From the NCBI GenBank assembly GCA_046260765.1, contig JBHEOO010000017.1:4543-68542 (forward strand): a DNA stretch of 64,000 bases. The letters are read 5' to 3'. The DNA is from Chromatocurvus sp. (lineage in GTDB: Bacteria > Pseudomonadota > Gammaproteobacteria > Pseudomonadales > Halieaceae). The position numbers and the translations under genes were made by a program. Shown piece by piece: positions 33,575 to 43,130 of the stretch. Positions within the stretch are counted from its first letter, which is position 1; every line of letters begins with the position of its first letter. The notes beneath the pieces are model-generated. The model was not told the origin of the DNA, made no database searches, and saw only the letters and a list, made by a program, of their open reading frames with translations.

Positions 33575-34603
33575 ATGCACCGCTCCCAGTTGCATCTGAT
33601 ACGTGCTTTCTTGTGCAGCGCCTGTCTGTTGCCAAACCTTCTCTGGGGCGCGTCCCAGTGTGATGATTCCAGCACAGAAGCGTTAGCGCTACTGGAGCGC
33701 ATGTCCCGCTCGGGGGTAATGGTCAGTCATCAGGGGATGGCGACGCTGCAGCGCGATGGCGATATGCGTGTGCTGCAGATTCACAGAAACACCCAGGGCG
33801 ACGCGACCACAGAAACATTGACACTGCTGACTGGCCAGAGCGCCCGGATCGTTCGCTCTGCTCATGCGGACACATGCGTTCACCCCGGGCAAACACTGCT
33901 CCGCCTGCGGCAGGAGGAAGGCAACATGTGCGGTGTTGCGGTGCACTACAGGCTCGCACTCGAAACGGGTGATCTTGTCGCCGATCGGATTACCCATCGG
34001 ATCATCGCCCAGCCGCGCGACATGTATCGCTATGCACATGTTCTAGAGATCGACGCAGAGACAGCGCAACTGCTGAAAGTTACCACACTTACCGCTGACG
34101 GTCGCCCTCTCGAGCAGTTCCAATACGCCAGTCTCGCATTGGAGGGAACATCGAGCGGCGATAGCGACACATCGGGCAGCACAGAGCCAGGCAGCAAGCC
34201 TGTCATCACTCGCAGTCACATCGCTTCCCATCCTGGTGGCGGGGATGATGAGGGCGACGACGCGAAATCCGGCGACGCGCCGGCAACTGGTTTAACGCCG
34301 GAGCTGCAGCGAGATTCGAGACCAGAGTGGAAACCAGAGTGGCTGCCCGCGGGATTTGTCGCCACGCAGACCACGCCAAATGGCATGCGGCAGACCTACA
34401 CTGACGGCATGGCGAGCTTCTCGGTATTCCTTGAGCCAATGGGCCAGGCCCTGCAGGCCGGTGAAGGTGCTGTGCGAGAGGGCAGCACCCTGGCTTACAC
34501 CCGTGGCATGGCCGTGGCGGGCTCGATGGTTCTAGTGACAGTGATCGGGGAGGTTCCGGTGAACACCGCAAGGATCGTCGCTGACTCGGTAAGGCTGAGG
34601 TAG
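33575..34603 (+). CDS. rseB: Sigma-E regulatory protein RseB/MucB
   Basis: Signal peptide, then ...ALALLERMSRSGVMVSHQGMATLQRDG... and the C-terminal ...FSVFLEP... pattern, in the conserved position. Start is ATG at 33575. Confidence 0.85.
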   Translation: MHRSQLHLIRAFLCSACLLPNLLWGASQCDDSSTEALALLERMSRSGVMVSHQGMATLQRDGDMRVLQIHRNTQGDATTETLTLLTGQSARIVRSAHADTCVHPGQTLLRLRQEEGNMCGVAVHYRLALETGDLVADRITHRIIAQPRDMYRYAHVLEIDAETAQLLKVTTLTADGRPLEQFQYASLALEGTSSGDSDTSGSTEPGSKPVITRSHIASHPGGGDDEGDDAKSGDAPATGLTPELQRDSRPEWKPEWLPAGFVATQTTPNGMRQTYTDGMASFSVFLEPMGQALQAGEGAVREGSTLAYTRGMAVAGSMVLVTVIGEVPVNTARIVADSVRLR

Positions 34604-34606
34604 CGC

Positions 34607-35098
34607 ATGCTGACGGAGTCGGGCAGGGTAGTGGCGGTGGAATCCGAGTTTGTCTGGGTCGAGACGTTGCGCCGCTCGACCTGCGGCAGCTGTGCGGCCC
34701 GCGCCGGGTGCGGTCAGCGCTTGCTGAATCGACAGGAGGGCGGTGGACGGGGGCTGATCCGGGCGCTATCGGGTGACGCATTGAGGGCAGCCGATTGTCG
34801 CGTGGATGATCGCGTTGAGATTGCGCTGCCCGAAGAAGTTATCCTCCGCGGCTCCATCATCGTCTACGCTTTGCCGATTGTCAGCATGATCCTCGCGGTG
34901 GCGCTGGCTTCGGTGTTGACAGGTGGTACCAGCGATGCTGCCAGCGTTGCGGCTGCAGTTACCGGCCTGGCGGCCGGCCTTGGCCTGGTGCGTTGGCACG
35001 CCTTCGCCTACCGTGATGACCCACGGATTCAGCCGGTATTGCAGCGACGCTTGTCGGCTGATGCAGATGCCGGCATTGCAGTCGCGACCATGCCGTAA
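34607..35098 (+). CDS. rseC: SoxR-reducing system protein RseC/MucC
   Basis: GRVVAVESEFVWVETLRRSTCGSCAARAGCG motif plus C-terminal TM helices. Confidence 0.85.
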   Translation: MLTESGRVVAVESEFVWVETLRRSTCGSCAARAGCGQRLLNRQEGGGRGLIRALSGDALRAADCRVDDRVEIALPEEVILRGSIIVYALPIVSMILAVALASVLTGGTSDAASVAAAVTGLAAGLGLVRWHAFAYRDDPRIQPVLQRRLSADADAGIAVATMP

Positions 35099-35158
35099 AC
35101 ACGCTGAACTGAAATAAGCGCTAAACTTACATTTCTACGAGTGATTTGGAACTGAACT

Positions 35159-36559
35159 ATGCCAACTCCACGATTCCTTGCCCAGTGGCTGCTGTTGACG
35201 GTGTCGCTGCTGGCGACGAACTTACATGCGCAAGGCCTGCCGGATTTCCGTGATATTGTCACCGACAATGCTGCGGCCGTCGTCAAGATTCTGGTCGAAC
35301 AGGAGGCGGGAGCTCCCGCCCACCCGGAGTTCGATTCGGATCAGATACCCGAGTATCTCCGGCGGTTTTTTGAGGAGCGCGGCGCGCCTCCCGGACCACG
35401 ACAGCGAATGTCGATGGGATCCGGCTTCATTGTTTCTAATGACGGGTACATCGTGACCAATAATCATGTCGTCGAGCGGGCCACCAGCGTTGTTGTCCGC
35501 CTCAGCGATCGCCGCGAGTTTGATGCAGAGGTCATCGGTCTGGATGAGCGTTCTGATCTGGCGCTGCTGAAAATCGAAGGTGAAGATCTGCCGGTCGCCC
35601 GGCTGGACACGACAGACCGGCTGGATGTCGGTGAATGGGTGCTTGCCGTGGGCTCGCCGTTTGGACTCGATTATTCAGTGACGGCCGGTATCGTCAGCGC
35701 CAAGGGCCGCAGCCTGCCCACCGAGCGCAACGAGAACTATGTGCCCTTCATACAGACGGATGTCGCGATCAACCCCGGTAACTCCGGGGGGCCGCTGTTC
35801 AACCTCGACGGAGAGGTGGTTGGCGTCAATTCCCAGATATTCACCCGCAGCGGCGGCTCTATCGGCCTGTCCTTTGCCATTCCGGTCAGTGTGGTGCGCA
35901 GCGTGGTCGAGCAGCTCAAGGAGAATGGCTCTGTCTCCCGTGGCTGGCTTGGCGTGACCATTCAGGATGTCGACCGTAACCTGGCGGAGTCCTTCGAGCT
36001 TGACCGGCCGATGGGCGCCCTGATTGCGCAACTGGCACCCGGTGGTCCGGCCGAGGGCGCGGGTTTTGAGCCTGGCGACGTGATCATTGAATTCGCGGGT
36101 CAGCCGATCGCCAGCTCTGCGGATCTGCCCCACGTGGTGGGACTGTTGCGTCCAGGTACGGAAGTGGAGGCCGTGATTGTGCGTGAGGGCACTCGCAGGA
36201 CGATCGGCGTCACAGTCGGCGGGCTCGACGCTGACGATGATCTTGCGGCTGCCGCCAACGGCGCTTCCAGCAGAGATGAGGGCAAGCTCGGCATGCTCTG
36301 CGAGAATGCCGCCCCGGATGTGCTTGAGCGCTGGGGTCTGTCGGGTGGTGTGCTGGTGCGCAACGTTGAGCCGCAATCGCCGGCGTCAGATGCCGGCATC
36401 CGTGCCGGAGACCTCATCACGATGGTTGCCAATCAGCCGGTGCAGGACCTGGACGCCCTGCGGGACGTCGTGGAGTCATTACGCGCGGGTGCCTCGGTCC
36501 CAGTCAGGCTTATTCGCCGCGGTGCGCCCCTGTTCATTGGGCTGCGAGTGCCCGGCTGA
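35159..36559 (+). CDS. Periplasmic serine endoprotease DegP/MucD (HtrA family, two PDZ domains)
   Basis: Shows VTNNHVV, DLALLKI and GNSGGPLFN catalytic triad contexts. Length is 466 aa, positioned after rseC as mucD is in Pseudomonas. Confidence 0.9.
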   Translation: MPTPRFLAQWLLLTVSLLATNLHAQGLPDFRDIVTDNAAAVVKILVEQEAGAPAHPEFDSDQIPEYLRRFFEERGAPPGPRQRMSMGSGFIVSNDGYIVTNNHVVERATSVVVRLSDRREFDAEVIGLDERSDLALLKIEGEDLPVARLDTTDRLDVGEWVLAVGSPFGLDYSVTAGIVSAKGRSLPTERNENYVPFIQTDVAINPGNSGGPLFNLDGEVVGVNSQIFTRSGGSIGLSFAIPVSVVRSVVEQLKENGSVSRGWLGVTIQDVDRNLAESFELDRPMGALIAQLAPGGPAEGAGFEPGDVIIEFAGQPIASSADLPHVVGLLRPGTEVEAVIVREGTRRTIGVTVGGLDADDDLAAAANGASSRDEGKLGMLCENAAPDVLERWGLSGGVLVRNVEPQSPASDAGIRAGDLITMVANQPVQDLDALRDVVESLRAGASVPVRLIRRGAPLFIGLRVPG

Positions 36560-36742
36560 CGCTGACACTGTCGCTCCATCAGCTACTCGCGCTGCCCGCT
36601 TCGCACTTGCGCGTGGCGGGCACGTCTTTGCTGCGTTACAATCGCGCGTCGCTGCTGACGACATTGTTGCGCGTCGTCAGCTGGCCGAGTGCACATTCGC
36701 TAGCAATCAATACTGGCATCCCTAGGCGTAGAGTCATACCGA

Positions 36743-38539
36743 GTGAGTGATCTCAAGCACATCCGCAATTTCTCGATCATTGCGCATATCGACCACGGAA
36801 AGTCCACGCTGGCAGATCGATTCATACAGCACTGCGGTGGACTGAGCGATCGCGAGATGAGCGAGCAGGTCCTCGACTCTATGGATATCGAGCGCGAGCG
36901 CGGCATTACCATCAAGGCCCAGAGCGTTACTCTCGATTACCGGGCACGGGACGGGCAGGTTTACCAGCTGAATTTCATCGATACACCTGGACACGTCGAT
37001 TTCTCCTACGAGGTTTCACGTTCCCTGTTTGCCTGCGAGGGGGCCCTGCTGGTGGTGGATGCGGGTCAGGGTGTTGAGGCGCAGTCCGTCGCTAACTGCT
37101 ATACAGCCATCGAGCAGGGCCTTGAGGTATTGCCGGTGCTGAACAAAATGGATCTGCCGCAGGCGGATCCCGACAAGGTACGCATCGAGATCGAGGAAAT
37201 CATTGGCATCGATGCGACCGACGCCTGCCTGGTCAGCGCCAAATCCGGCATGGGAATCGAAGACGTTCTGGAGCAGCTGGTGGCAAAGGTGCCGCCACCG
37301 GAAGGTGACCGGGATGCCCCGCTTCAGGCACTGATCATCGATTCCTGGTTCGACAATTATCTCGGTGTGGTATCGCTGGTTCGCGTCAAGCAGGGCATGC
37401 TGAGTAAGCGCGACAGGATTGTCACCAAATCCACCGGCAAGCAGCATCAGGTGGATGGCGTGGGGATTTTTACACCGAAGCGCAAAGAAACCGGGTGCCT
37501 GCGTGCTGGTGAAGTGGGTTACGTCATTGCCGGTATCAAGGAGATCAACGGTGCCCCGGTAGGCGATACACTGGTGCCGGCCCAACACACGGATGTACCG
37601 GCGCTGCCGGGTTTCAAGAAGGTGCGTCCGCAGGTTTACGCCGGCATTTTCACGGTGTCCACGGATGACTACGAGGATTTTCGTGACGCGCTGGCGAAGT
37701 TGACATTAAACGATGCCTCGCTGTTCTACGAGCCGGAAACCTCCGATGCCCTGGGCTTCGGTTTTCGCTGCGGTTTCCTCGGTATGCTGCACATGGAGAT
37801 TATCCAGGAAAGGCTGGAGCGCGAGTACGATCTCGACCTGATCACCACCGCCCCCTCGGTGATCTATGAGGTGTTGACCAAGGCCGGCGAGGTGCTCAGC
37901 ATCGACAATCCTTCCTCTTTGCCCGACCCCGGCGATATCGAGGAGATGCGTGAGCCCATCGCCCGCTGCAGCATTCTGGTACCACAGGACTATCTGGGCA
38001 ACGTGATCACCCTGTGTGTCGAAAAGCGCGGCGAGCAGATAGACATGCAGTTTCTGGGCTCCCAGGTATCCCTGAGCTATGACATCCCGCTGGCGGAGGT
38101 GGTGCTCGATTTCTTTGACCGGCTTAAGTCGGTAAGCCGCGGTTATGCCTCCCTGGAGTATGGCTTTGATCGCTTTCAGCCGGCGAACCTCGCACGCCTG
38201 GATGTACTGATTAACGGCGAAAAGGTAGATGCGCTGGCAGTGATCGTGCACCGCGACCATATCCAGCACCGCGGCCGCGTGCTGACCGAAAAAATGAAAG
38301 AGCTTATCCCACGGCAGATGTTCGATGTGGCGATACAGGCCGCGGTTGGCGGCAAGATTGTGGCACGCCAGACGGTCAAGGCGCTGCGCAAGAACGTGAC
38401 GGCCAAGTGCTACGGCGGCGATGTGTCGCGCAAACGCAAACTGCTCGATAAACAGAAGGCCGGCAAAAAGCGCATGAAGCAGGTTGGCCGCGTTGAAATC
38501 CCGCAGTCGGCGTTCCTCGCCGTCTTGCAGGTAGACTGA
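36743..38539 (+). CDS. lepA: Translation elongation factor 4 (LepA)
   Basis: [23 protein letters not shown]...[10 protein letters not shown]...NKMDL. Length is 598 aa. Confidence 0.97.
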   Translation: MSDLKHIRNFSIIAHIDHGKSTLADRFIQHCGGLSDREMSEQVLDSMDIERERGITIKAQSVTLDYRARDGQVYQLNFIDTPGHVDFSYEVSRSLFACEGALLVVDAGQGVEAQSVANCYTAIEQGLEVLPVLNKMDLPQADPDKVRIEIEEIIGIDATDACLVSAKSGMGIEDVLEQLVAKVPPPEGDRDAPLQALIIDSWFDNYLGVVSLVRVKQGMLSKRDRIVTKSTGKQHQVDGVGIFTPKRKETGCLRAGEVGYVIAGIKEINGAPVGDTLVPAQHTDVPALPGFKKVRPQVYAGIFTVSTDDYEDFRDALAKLTLNDASLFYEPETSDALGFGFRCGFLGMLHMEIIQERLEREYDLDLITTAPSVIYEVLTKAGEVLSIDNPSSLPDPGDIEEMREPIARCSILVPQDYLGNVITLCVEKRGEQIDMQFLGSQVSLSYDIPLAEVVLDFFDRLKSVSRGYASLEYGFDRFQPANLARLDVLINGEKVDALAVIVHRDHIQHRGRVLTEKMKELIPRQMFDVAIQAAVGGKIVARQTVKALRKNVTAKCYGGDVSRKRKLLDKQKAGKKRMKQVGRVEIPQSAFLAVLQVD

Positions 38540-38554
38540 TAGGGACGGACCCCG

Positions 38555-39322
38555 ATGACCATAGACTTCCCCCTGATACTGGTGTTGGCGGTATTCTTTA
38601 CCGGTGGCGTCTGGCTGGTTGATGTGCTGCTGCTGGCGCCGGCCCGACGCCGCAATGCCGTCGAGCAAGAGGTATCGGAACCTGTGCTCGTGGAGTACTC
38701 GAAGTCCTTTTTCCCCGTGCTTTTTGTGGTTTTCGTGTTGCGCTCGTTTATCGTGGAGCCGTTCCAGATACCGTCTTCCTCCATGGTGCCGACGCTGGAG
38801 GTGGGGGACTACATTCTGGTCAACAAGTTTACCTACGGGCTGCGACTGCCCGTCGTGCGCACGAAGGTGTTTGACATGAATGAGCCGGAGCGCGGTGATG
38901 TGATGGTGTTCTTTCCTCCACATATGAATAAGACTTACTACATCAAGCGCATTATCGGTATCCCAGGGGACACCGTCACGCACCGCAACCGGCGCCTGTA
39001 TGTGAATGGCGAGCTGGTCGAGACAGAAGCCCTCGCCGTCATCCCCAAGGGGCGCTCCCGCTACCAGATCAGCCGGGCGGAGTTTGGTGAAGAAGGCCAT
39101 TTGCTGCAGGAAGAGGTATCGCGGCCGACACGGGATTTTTCAGTGGTTGTGCGTCCGGGCCATTACTTCATGATGGGCGATAACCGTGACAACAGCAGCG
39201 ACAGCCGCGTATGGGGTCAGGTGGCGGAGAAGGACATTGTTGGCAAGGCATTTGCCGTGTGGATGCATTGGGACTCGCTGTTCAGCGTGCCCAGCTTCAG
39301 TCGGGTGGGCGGGATTCGCTAA
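38555..39322 (+). CDS. lepB: Signal peptidase I
   Basis: PFQIPSSSMVPTLEVGDYILVNKF...YIKRIIGIPGD...GDNRDNSSDSR. Confidence 0.95.
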   Translation: MTIDFPLILVLAVFFTGGVWLVDVLLLAPARRRNAVEQEVSEPVLVEYSKSFFPVLFVVFVLRSFIVEPFQIPSSSMVPTLEVGDYILVNKFTYGLRLPVVRTKVFDMNEPERGDVMVFFPPHMNKTYYIKRIIGIPGDTVTHRNRRLYVNGELVETEALAVIPKGRSRYQISRAEFGEEGHLLQEEVSRPTRDFSVVVRPGHYFMMGDNRDNSSDSRVWGQVAEKDIVGKAFAVWMHWDSLFSVPSFSRVGGIR

Positions 39323-39385
39323 CGCCGATCCATTCAGGGGAATGGTGCCGTTCGCACATGGCGCGCACACAACGGGACAGCGATT

Positions 39386-39772
39386 ATGACGTTACAGGGT
39401 TCACAGCGGGGCATGTCACTTCCGGGCTTGCTGGTCATCGCAATCATGGTGGGTTTTTTTGTCACAGCCGCCATTCGGATCGCGCCCAAATATATAGAGT
39501 ACCTGACCGTCAAGGAGGTGGTGGAGCGCGTTGCCAGCGAATTCAATCGCGATGAAGACACGATTTCCGACGTGCGCCGCAAGCTGGCGACCATTCTGAA
39601 TACCAACCAGGTCTACGACATCGATTACAAGGACATTGAAGTCTATCGCGAAGACGGCGAGACCTGGATCGACGCCCGTTATGAAGCCCGCGTTCCGATG
39701 GTCTGGCGCATTGATGCCGTGATCAAGTTCGACGATCTGCTGTTCGAGGCCGGGCGCGCCGGGCCGCAATGA
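39386..39772 (+). CDS. DUF4845 domain-containing protein
   Basis: N-terminal TM helix, about 128 aa, at the conserved position between lepB and rnc (as with Pseudomonas PA0769). Confidence 0.65.
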   Translation: MTLQGSQRGMSLPGLLVIAIMVGFFVTAAIRIAPKYIEYLTVKEVVERVASEFNRDEDTISDVRRKLATILNTNQVYDIDYKDIEVYREDGETWIDARYEARVPMVWRIDAVIKFDDLLFEAGRAGPQ

Positions 39773-40452
39773 GTGCGACGAGTCAATCGGCAAACCTCGA
39801 ACGCGCTATCGACTATGCATTTTCCCAGCGCGCACTACTTTTACAGGCACTGTCTCATCGCAGCGCGGGTCGTCACAACAACGAACGGCTTGAGTTTCTG
39901 GGAGATTCCATCCTTAATCATCTCGTGGCGGAGCATCTCTACGATACTTTCCCGCGCGCACGTGAGGGCTCACTGAGCCGTATGCGCGCGGAGATCGTCA
40001 AGGGTGAGACGCTGGCAGCGGTCGCTCGCGAGCTGAGCCTTGGAGACTACCTGGTACTTGGACCGGGTGAACTGAAGAGCGGTGGCCATCGTCGTGATTC
40101 CATTCTCGCCGATACCCTGGAGGCACTGACCGGCGCCATCCTGATTGACGGTGGTCTAGAGGCCTGCAGGCGCTTTGTCATGCAGGTGCTGGGTGGACGC
40201 CTCGGCGCGTTGCAGGATATCGAACTCGACAAGGATCCGAAAACCCGGCTTCAGGAGTACCTGCAGTCAAGGGGGCTGCCGCTGCCTGAGTATCACTTGC
40301 TTGATGTCAGTGGCGACGATCACGATCAGGAGTTCCGCGTCAGCTGTCGCCTCGCGAAGCCAAAGTCGACTGCCGAGGGTACGGGCAGCAGTATCCGGCG
40401 CGCCGAACAGGCCGCCGCAAAAACCGCAATGGGTCTTCTCAACCGTGGTTGA
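39769..40452 (+). CDS. rnc: Ribonuclease III
   Basis: [13 protein letters not shown] signature and a C-terminal dsRBD. Its start overlaps the previous stop (ATGA). Confidence 0.95.
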   Translation: MSATSQSANLERAIDYAFSQRALLLQALSHRSAGRHNNERLEFLGDSILNHLVAEHLYDTFPRAREGSLSRMRAEIVKGETLAAVARELSLGDYLVLGPGELKSGGHRRDSILADTLEALTGAILIDGGLEACRRFVMQVLGGRLGALQDIELDKDPKTRLQEYLQSRGLPLPEYHLLDVSGDDHDQEFRVSCRLAKPKSTAEGTGSSIRRAEQAAAKTAMGLLNRG

Positions 40453-40456
40453 TCCA

Positions 40457-41350
40457 GTGGCACATCGCTGTGGGCATGTCGCCATCATCGGTCGACCCAA
40501 TACCGGCAAGTCTACCCTGCTCAACTACCTGGTAGGCCAGAAGCTCAGCATTACCTCACGCAAGCCGCAGACCACGCGCCATCAGATACTCGGGATCAAG
40601 ACCGGCGACGATTATCAGATCCTGTTTGTCGATACACCGGGCATGCACGTGGACGCCCCGCGCGCCATTAACCGTATGATGAACCGCGCCGCCAGTTCTT
40701 CCCTTGTGGATGTCGATGTGGTGCTGATGGTGGTTGACCGCACGGCATGGACAGAGAACGACGAGCGTGTCCTGAGCCACCTGGTGAACTGTGAGGCGCC
40801 GGTGATTCTGGTGGTGAACAAGGTCGACCTGGTTCGGGACAAGACCGAGCTGCTGCCGCACCTCGAGAGTCTGGAAAAAAAGGCGGATTTTGCCGCGATT
40901 GTGCCGTTGTCGGCGCTGCGCAAGCAGAATATCGATGCGCTTGAGCGGGAGATTGTCTCGCGCCTGCCAGAGCGCGATGCTCTGTTTCCTGAAGATCAGA
41001 TTACCGACAAAAGCATGCGCTTTCTTGCGGCGGAAATCGTTCGCGAGAAAATCATGCGTCAGCTGGGCGATGAATTGCCTTACGCCACGGCTGTGGAGAT
41101 AGAAGAATTCGTCGACGACAAGGGCATTCTGAATATTTCCGCACTGGTCCTGGTCGAGCGTCGCGGCCAGAAGCTGATTCTTATTGGCGAGGGTGGCTCC
41201 CGTCTGCGTTCCATTGGTAGCGAAGCCAGGCGCGATATGGAAAAGCTGTTCGACAACAAGGTCATGCTGCGGCTCTGGGTCAAGATCAAGTCCGGCTGGT
41301 CCGATGATGATCGGGCCCTGAAGAGCCTTGGCTACGACGATCGCGCTTAG
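40457..41350 (+). CDS. era: GTPase Era
   Basis: [26 protein letters not shown] and a KH domain. The start is probably GTG at 40457 (or GTG at 40445). The long track ORF from 40175 is an out-of-frame run through rnc. Confidence 0.92.
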   Translation: MAHRCGHVAIIGRPNTGKSTLLNYLVGQKLSITSRKPQTTRHQILGIKTGDDYQILFVDTPGMHVDAPRAINRMMNRAASSSLVDVDVVLMVVDRTAWTENDERVLSHLVNCEAPVILVVNKVDLVRDKTELLPHLESLEKKADFAAIVPLSALRKQNIDALEREIVSRLPERDALFPEDQITDKSMRFLAAEIVREKIMRQLGDELPYATAVEIEEFVDDKGILNISALVLVERRGQKLILIGEGGSRLRSIGSEARRDMEKLFDNKVMLRLWVKIKSGWSDDDRALKSLGYDDRA

Positions 41351-41372
41351 CATTATTCCCGGGGCCTGGTGA

Positions 41373-42107
41373 ATGCGCATTACCCTGCAGCCGGCCTATC
41401 TGCTTCACCGTAGACCGTTTCGCGACAGCAGCCAGCTGCTCGAGGTTCTCACGGCTGAGTACGGTCGCCTTGGCCTGGTTGCCCGCGGCGTGCGTCGCAA
41501 GTCGCGCGGTGGTTCCAGCGGCTCACTGCTGCAGCCATTTGCCCCTCTGCTTCTTTCCTTCTCTGGTGGCGGTGAGCTGAAGACGCTGACCGGAGTCGAG
41601 GCTGGTGGCGGCATCGCGCCACTGCGCGGCGATGCACTGCTCAGTGGGTTTTACCTGAATGAGCTGGCGGTGCGCCTGCTGCACCGCGATGATCCACAGC
41701 CAGATATTTTTGCCGCCTATGCGCTGGCATTGGCCGCGCTTGCTGACGGTGGCGCTATCGAGGATGCACTCCGCGCTTTTGAGTTCAGCCTGCTGGACGC
41801 GCTGGGTTACCGTGTTGAGCTGGCGGTGAACGGTGCCGATGGTGGTGTTATCGCGGATGAGGCGTTCTACGCCTATCGGCCTGGCACGGGGTTGATTCCG
41901 CAGGTGGCATCAGCGGTGGCCGAGATCCCCGCTGGACTGTATAGAGGATCCGATCTGTTGGCGGTAGCGCGGGGTGACTACCGCGGCTCGGCGGGACAGA
42001 CCGCCAAGCGATTGGCCCGTTCAGCGCTCGCAGACCTGCTCGGTGGTCGCCCACTGCGCAGCCGGGAGCTGTTCCTGCAGCAGCGTCAGCGCGCCCGCGA
42101 AAGCTAG
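41373..42107 (+). CDS. recO: DNA repair protein RecO
   Basis: AYLLHRRPFRDSSQLLEVLTAEYGRLGLVARG... Length is 244 aa, positioned after era. Confidence 0.9.
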   Translation: MRITLQPAYLLHRRPFRDSSQLLEVLTAEYGRLGLVARGVRRKSRGGSSGSLLQPFAPLLLSFSGGGELKTLTGVEAGGGIAPLRGDALLSGFYLNELAVRLLHRDDPQPDIFAAYALALAALADGGAIEDALRAFEFSLLDALGYRVELAVNGADGGVIADEAFYAYRPGTGLIPQVASAVAEIPAGLYRGSDLLAVARGDYRGSAGQTAKRLARSALADLLGGRPLRSRELFLQQRQRARES

Positions 42108-42217
42108 AACTGCAGCACATACATTTCAGTGTCGTCGCCACCAGACGTGCCCCTGCGCAGGCGCGGTCGCAGGCGTTATACTGCATGGTGCCACTTGCAG
42201 CGAAGGTCTCTCACTCC

Positions 42218-43117
42218 ATGCCCACATACCCAACGATAGAAAGCTGCATCGGCCAGACGCCCCTGGTCAGGCTGCAGCGTCTGCCGGGAACGACAGACAA
42301 CATGTTGCTGGCGAAGCTCGAAGGCAACAATCCCGCGGGGTCGGTCAAGGACCGGCCTGCGCTCAGCATGATCGCCGAGGCGGAGGCCCGCGGTGACATC
42401 AGGCCTGGCGACACCCTTATCGAGGCGACCAGCGGTAACACGGGCATCGCCCTGGCGATGGCCGCGGCGATTCGTGGCTATCGTCTGGTGCTCATCATGC
42501 CGGAAAGCGCCAGCGCTGAACGTAAGCAGGCCATGCAGGCCTATGGCGCCGAGCTGATCGAAGTGTCGGCCAAGGCCGGTATGGAGGGCGCCCGCGACAT
42601 GGCCGATAGCATGGCCGGCGAGGGGCGCGGCCGCGTGCTCGACCAGTTCGCCAACCCGGATAATCCCATGGCGCACTATCGCGGCACAGGACCTGAGCTG
42701 TGGCAGCAGACGGCGGGCGAAATTACACATCTGGTGACGTCCATGGGGACTACCGGCACGGCCATGGGCTGTTCCGCCTTTCTCAAGGAAATGAATCCGG
42801 GGATACAGATTATCGGGTTGCAACCGGCCGACGGTGCCAGCATTCCTGGCATTCGCCGATGGCCCGAGGCCTACCTGCCGAAAATCTTCGAGGCTGCGCG
42901 AGTGGATCGCGTGATGGATATTTCACAGGAAGAGTCCGAGGACACCATGCGCCGACTCGCAGCGGAGGAAGGTATATTCTGCGGCGTATCAGCAGGTGGC
43001 TCAGTGGCGGGCGCACTTCGACTGTCACGAGAAGTTGAGAACGCGACGATCGTGTCGATCATTTGTGATCGCGGCGATCGCTATCTGTCCACCGGTGTGT
43101 TTGCACCGCGCAACTGA
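42218..43117 (+). CDS. cysM: Cysteine synthase B (O-acetylserine sulfhydrylase, CysM-like)
   Basis: LEGNNPAGSVKDRPAL...TSGNTGIALAM PLP-binding motifs. Start is ATG at 42218. Confidence 0.88.
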   Translation: MPTYPTIESCIGQTPLVRLQRLPGTTDNMLLAKLEGNNPAGSVKDRPALSMIAEAEARGDIRPGDTLIEATSGNTGIALAMAAAIRGYRLVLIMPESASAERKQAMQAYGAELIEVSAKAGMEGARDMADSMAGEGRGRVLDQFANPDNPMAHYRGTGPELWQQTAGEITHLVTSMGTTGTAMGCSAFLKEMNPGIQIIGLQPADGASIPGIRRWPEAYLPKIFEAARVDRVMDISQEESEDTMRRLAAEEGIFCGVSAGGSVAGALRLSREVENATIVSIICDRGDRYLSTGVFAPRN

Positions 43118-43130
43118 GCGGGCGCAGTCC

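Noticed and set aside
36654-36681. 9-bp stem hairpin (GCTGACGAC-N10-GTCGTCAGC) between degP and lepA, considered as an intrinsic terminator
   Set aside because: No U-tract follows it on either strand. It may be structural or regulatory, but I cannot support a terminator call.
37706-39100. 464-aa minus-strand ORF
   Set aside because: It is antisense to the unmistakable lepA and lepB genes. Its composition is low-complexity and His/Arg/Leu-rich, so I treat it as a shadow ORF.
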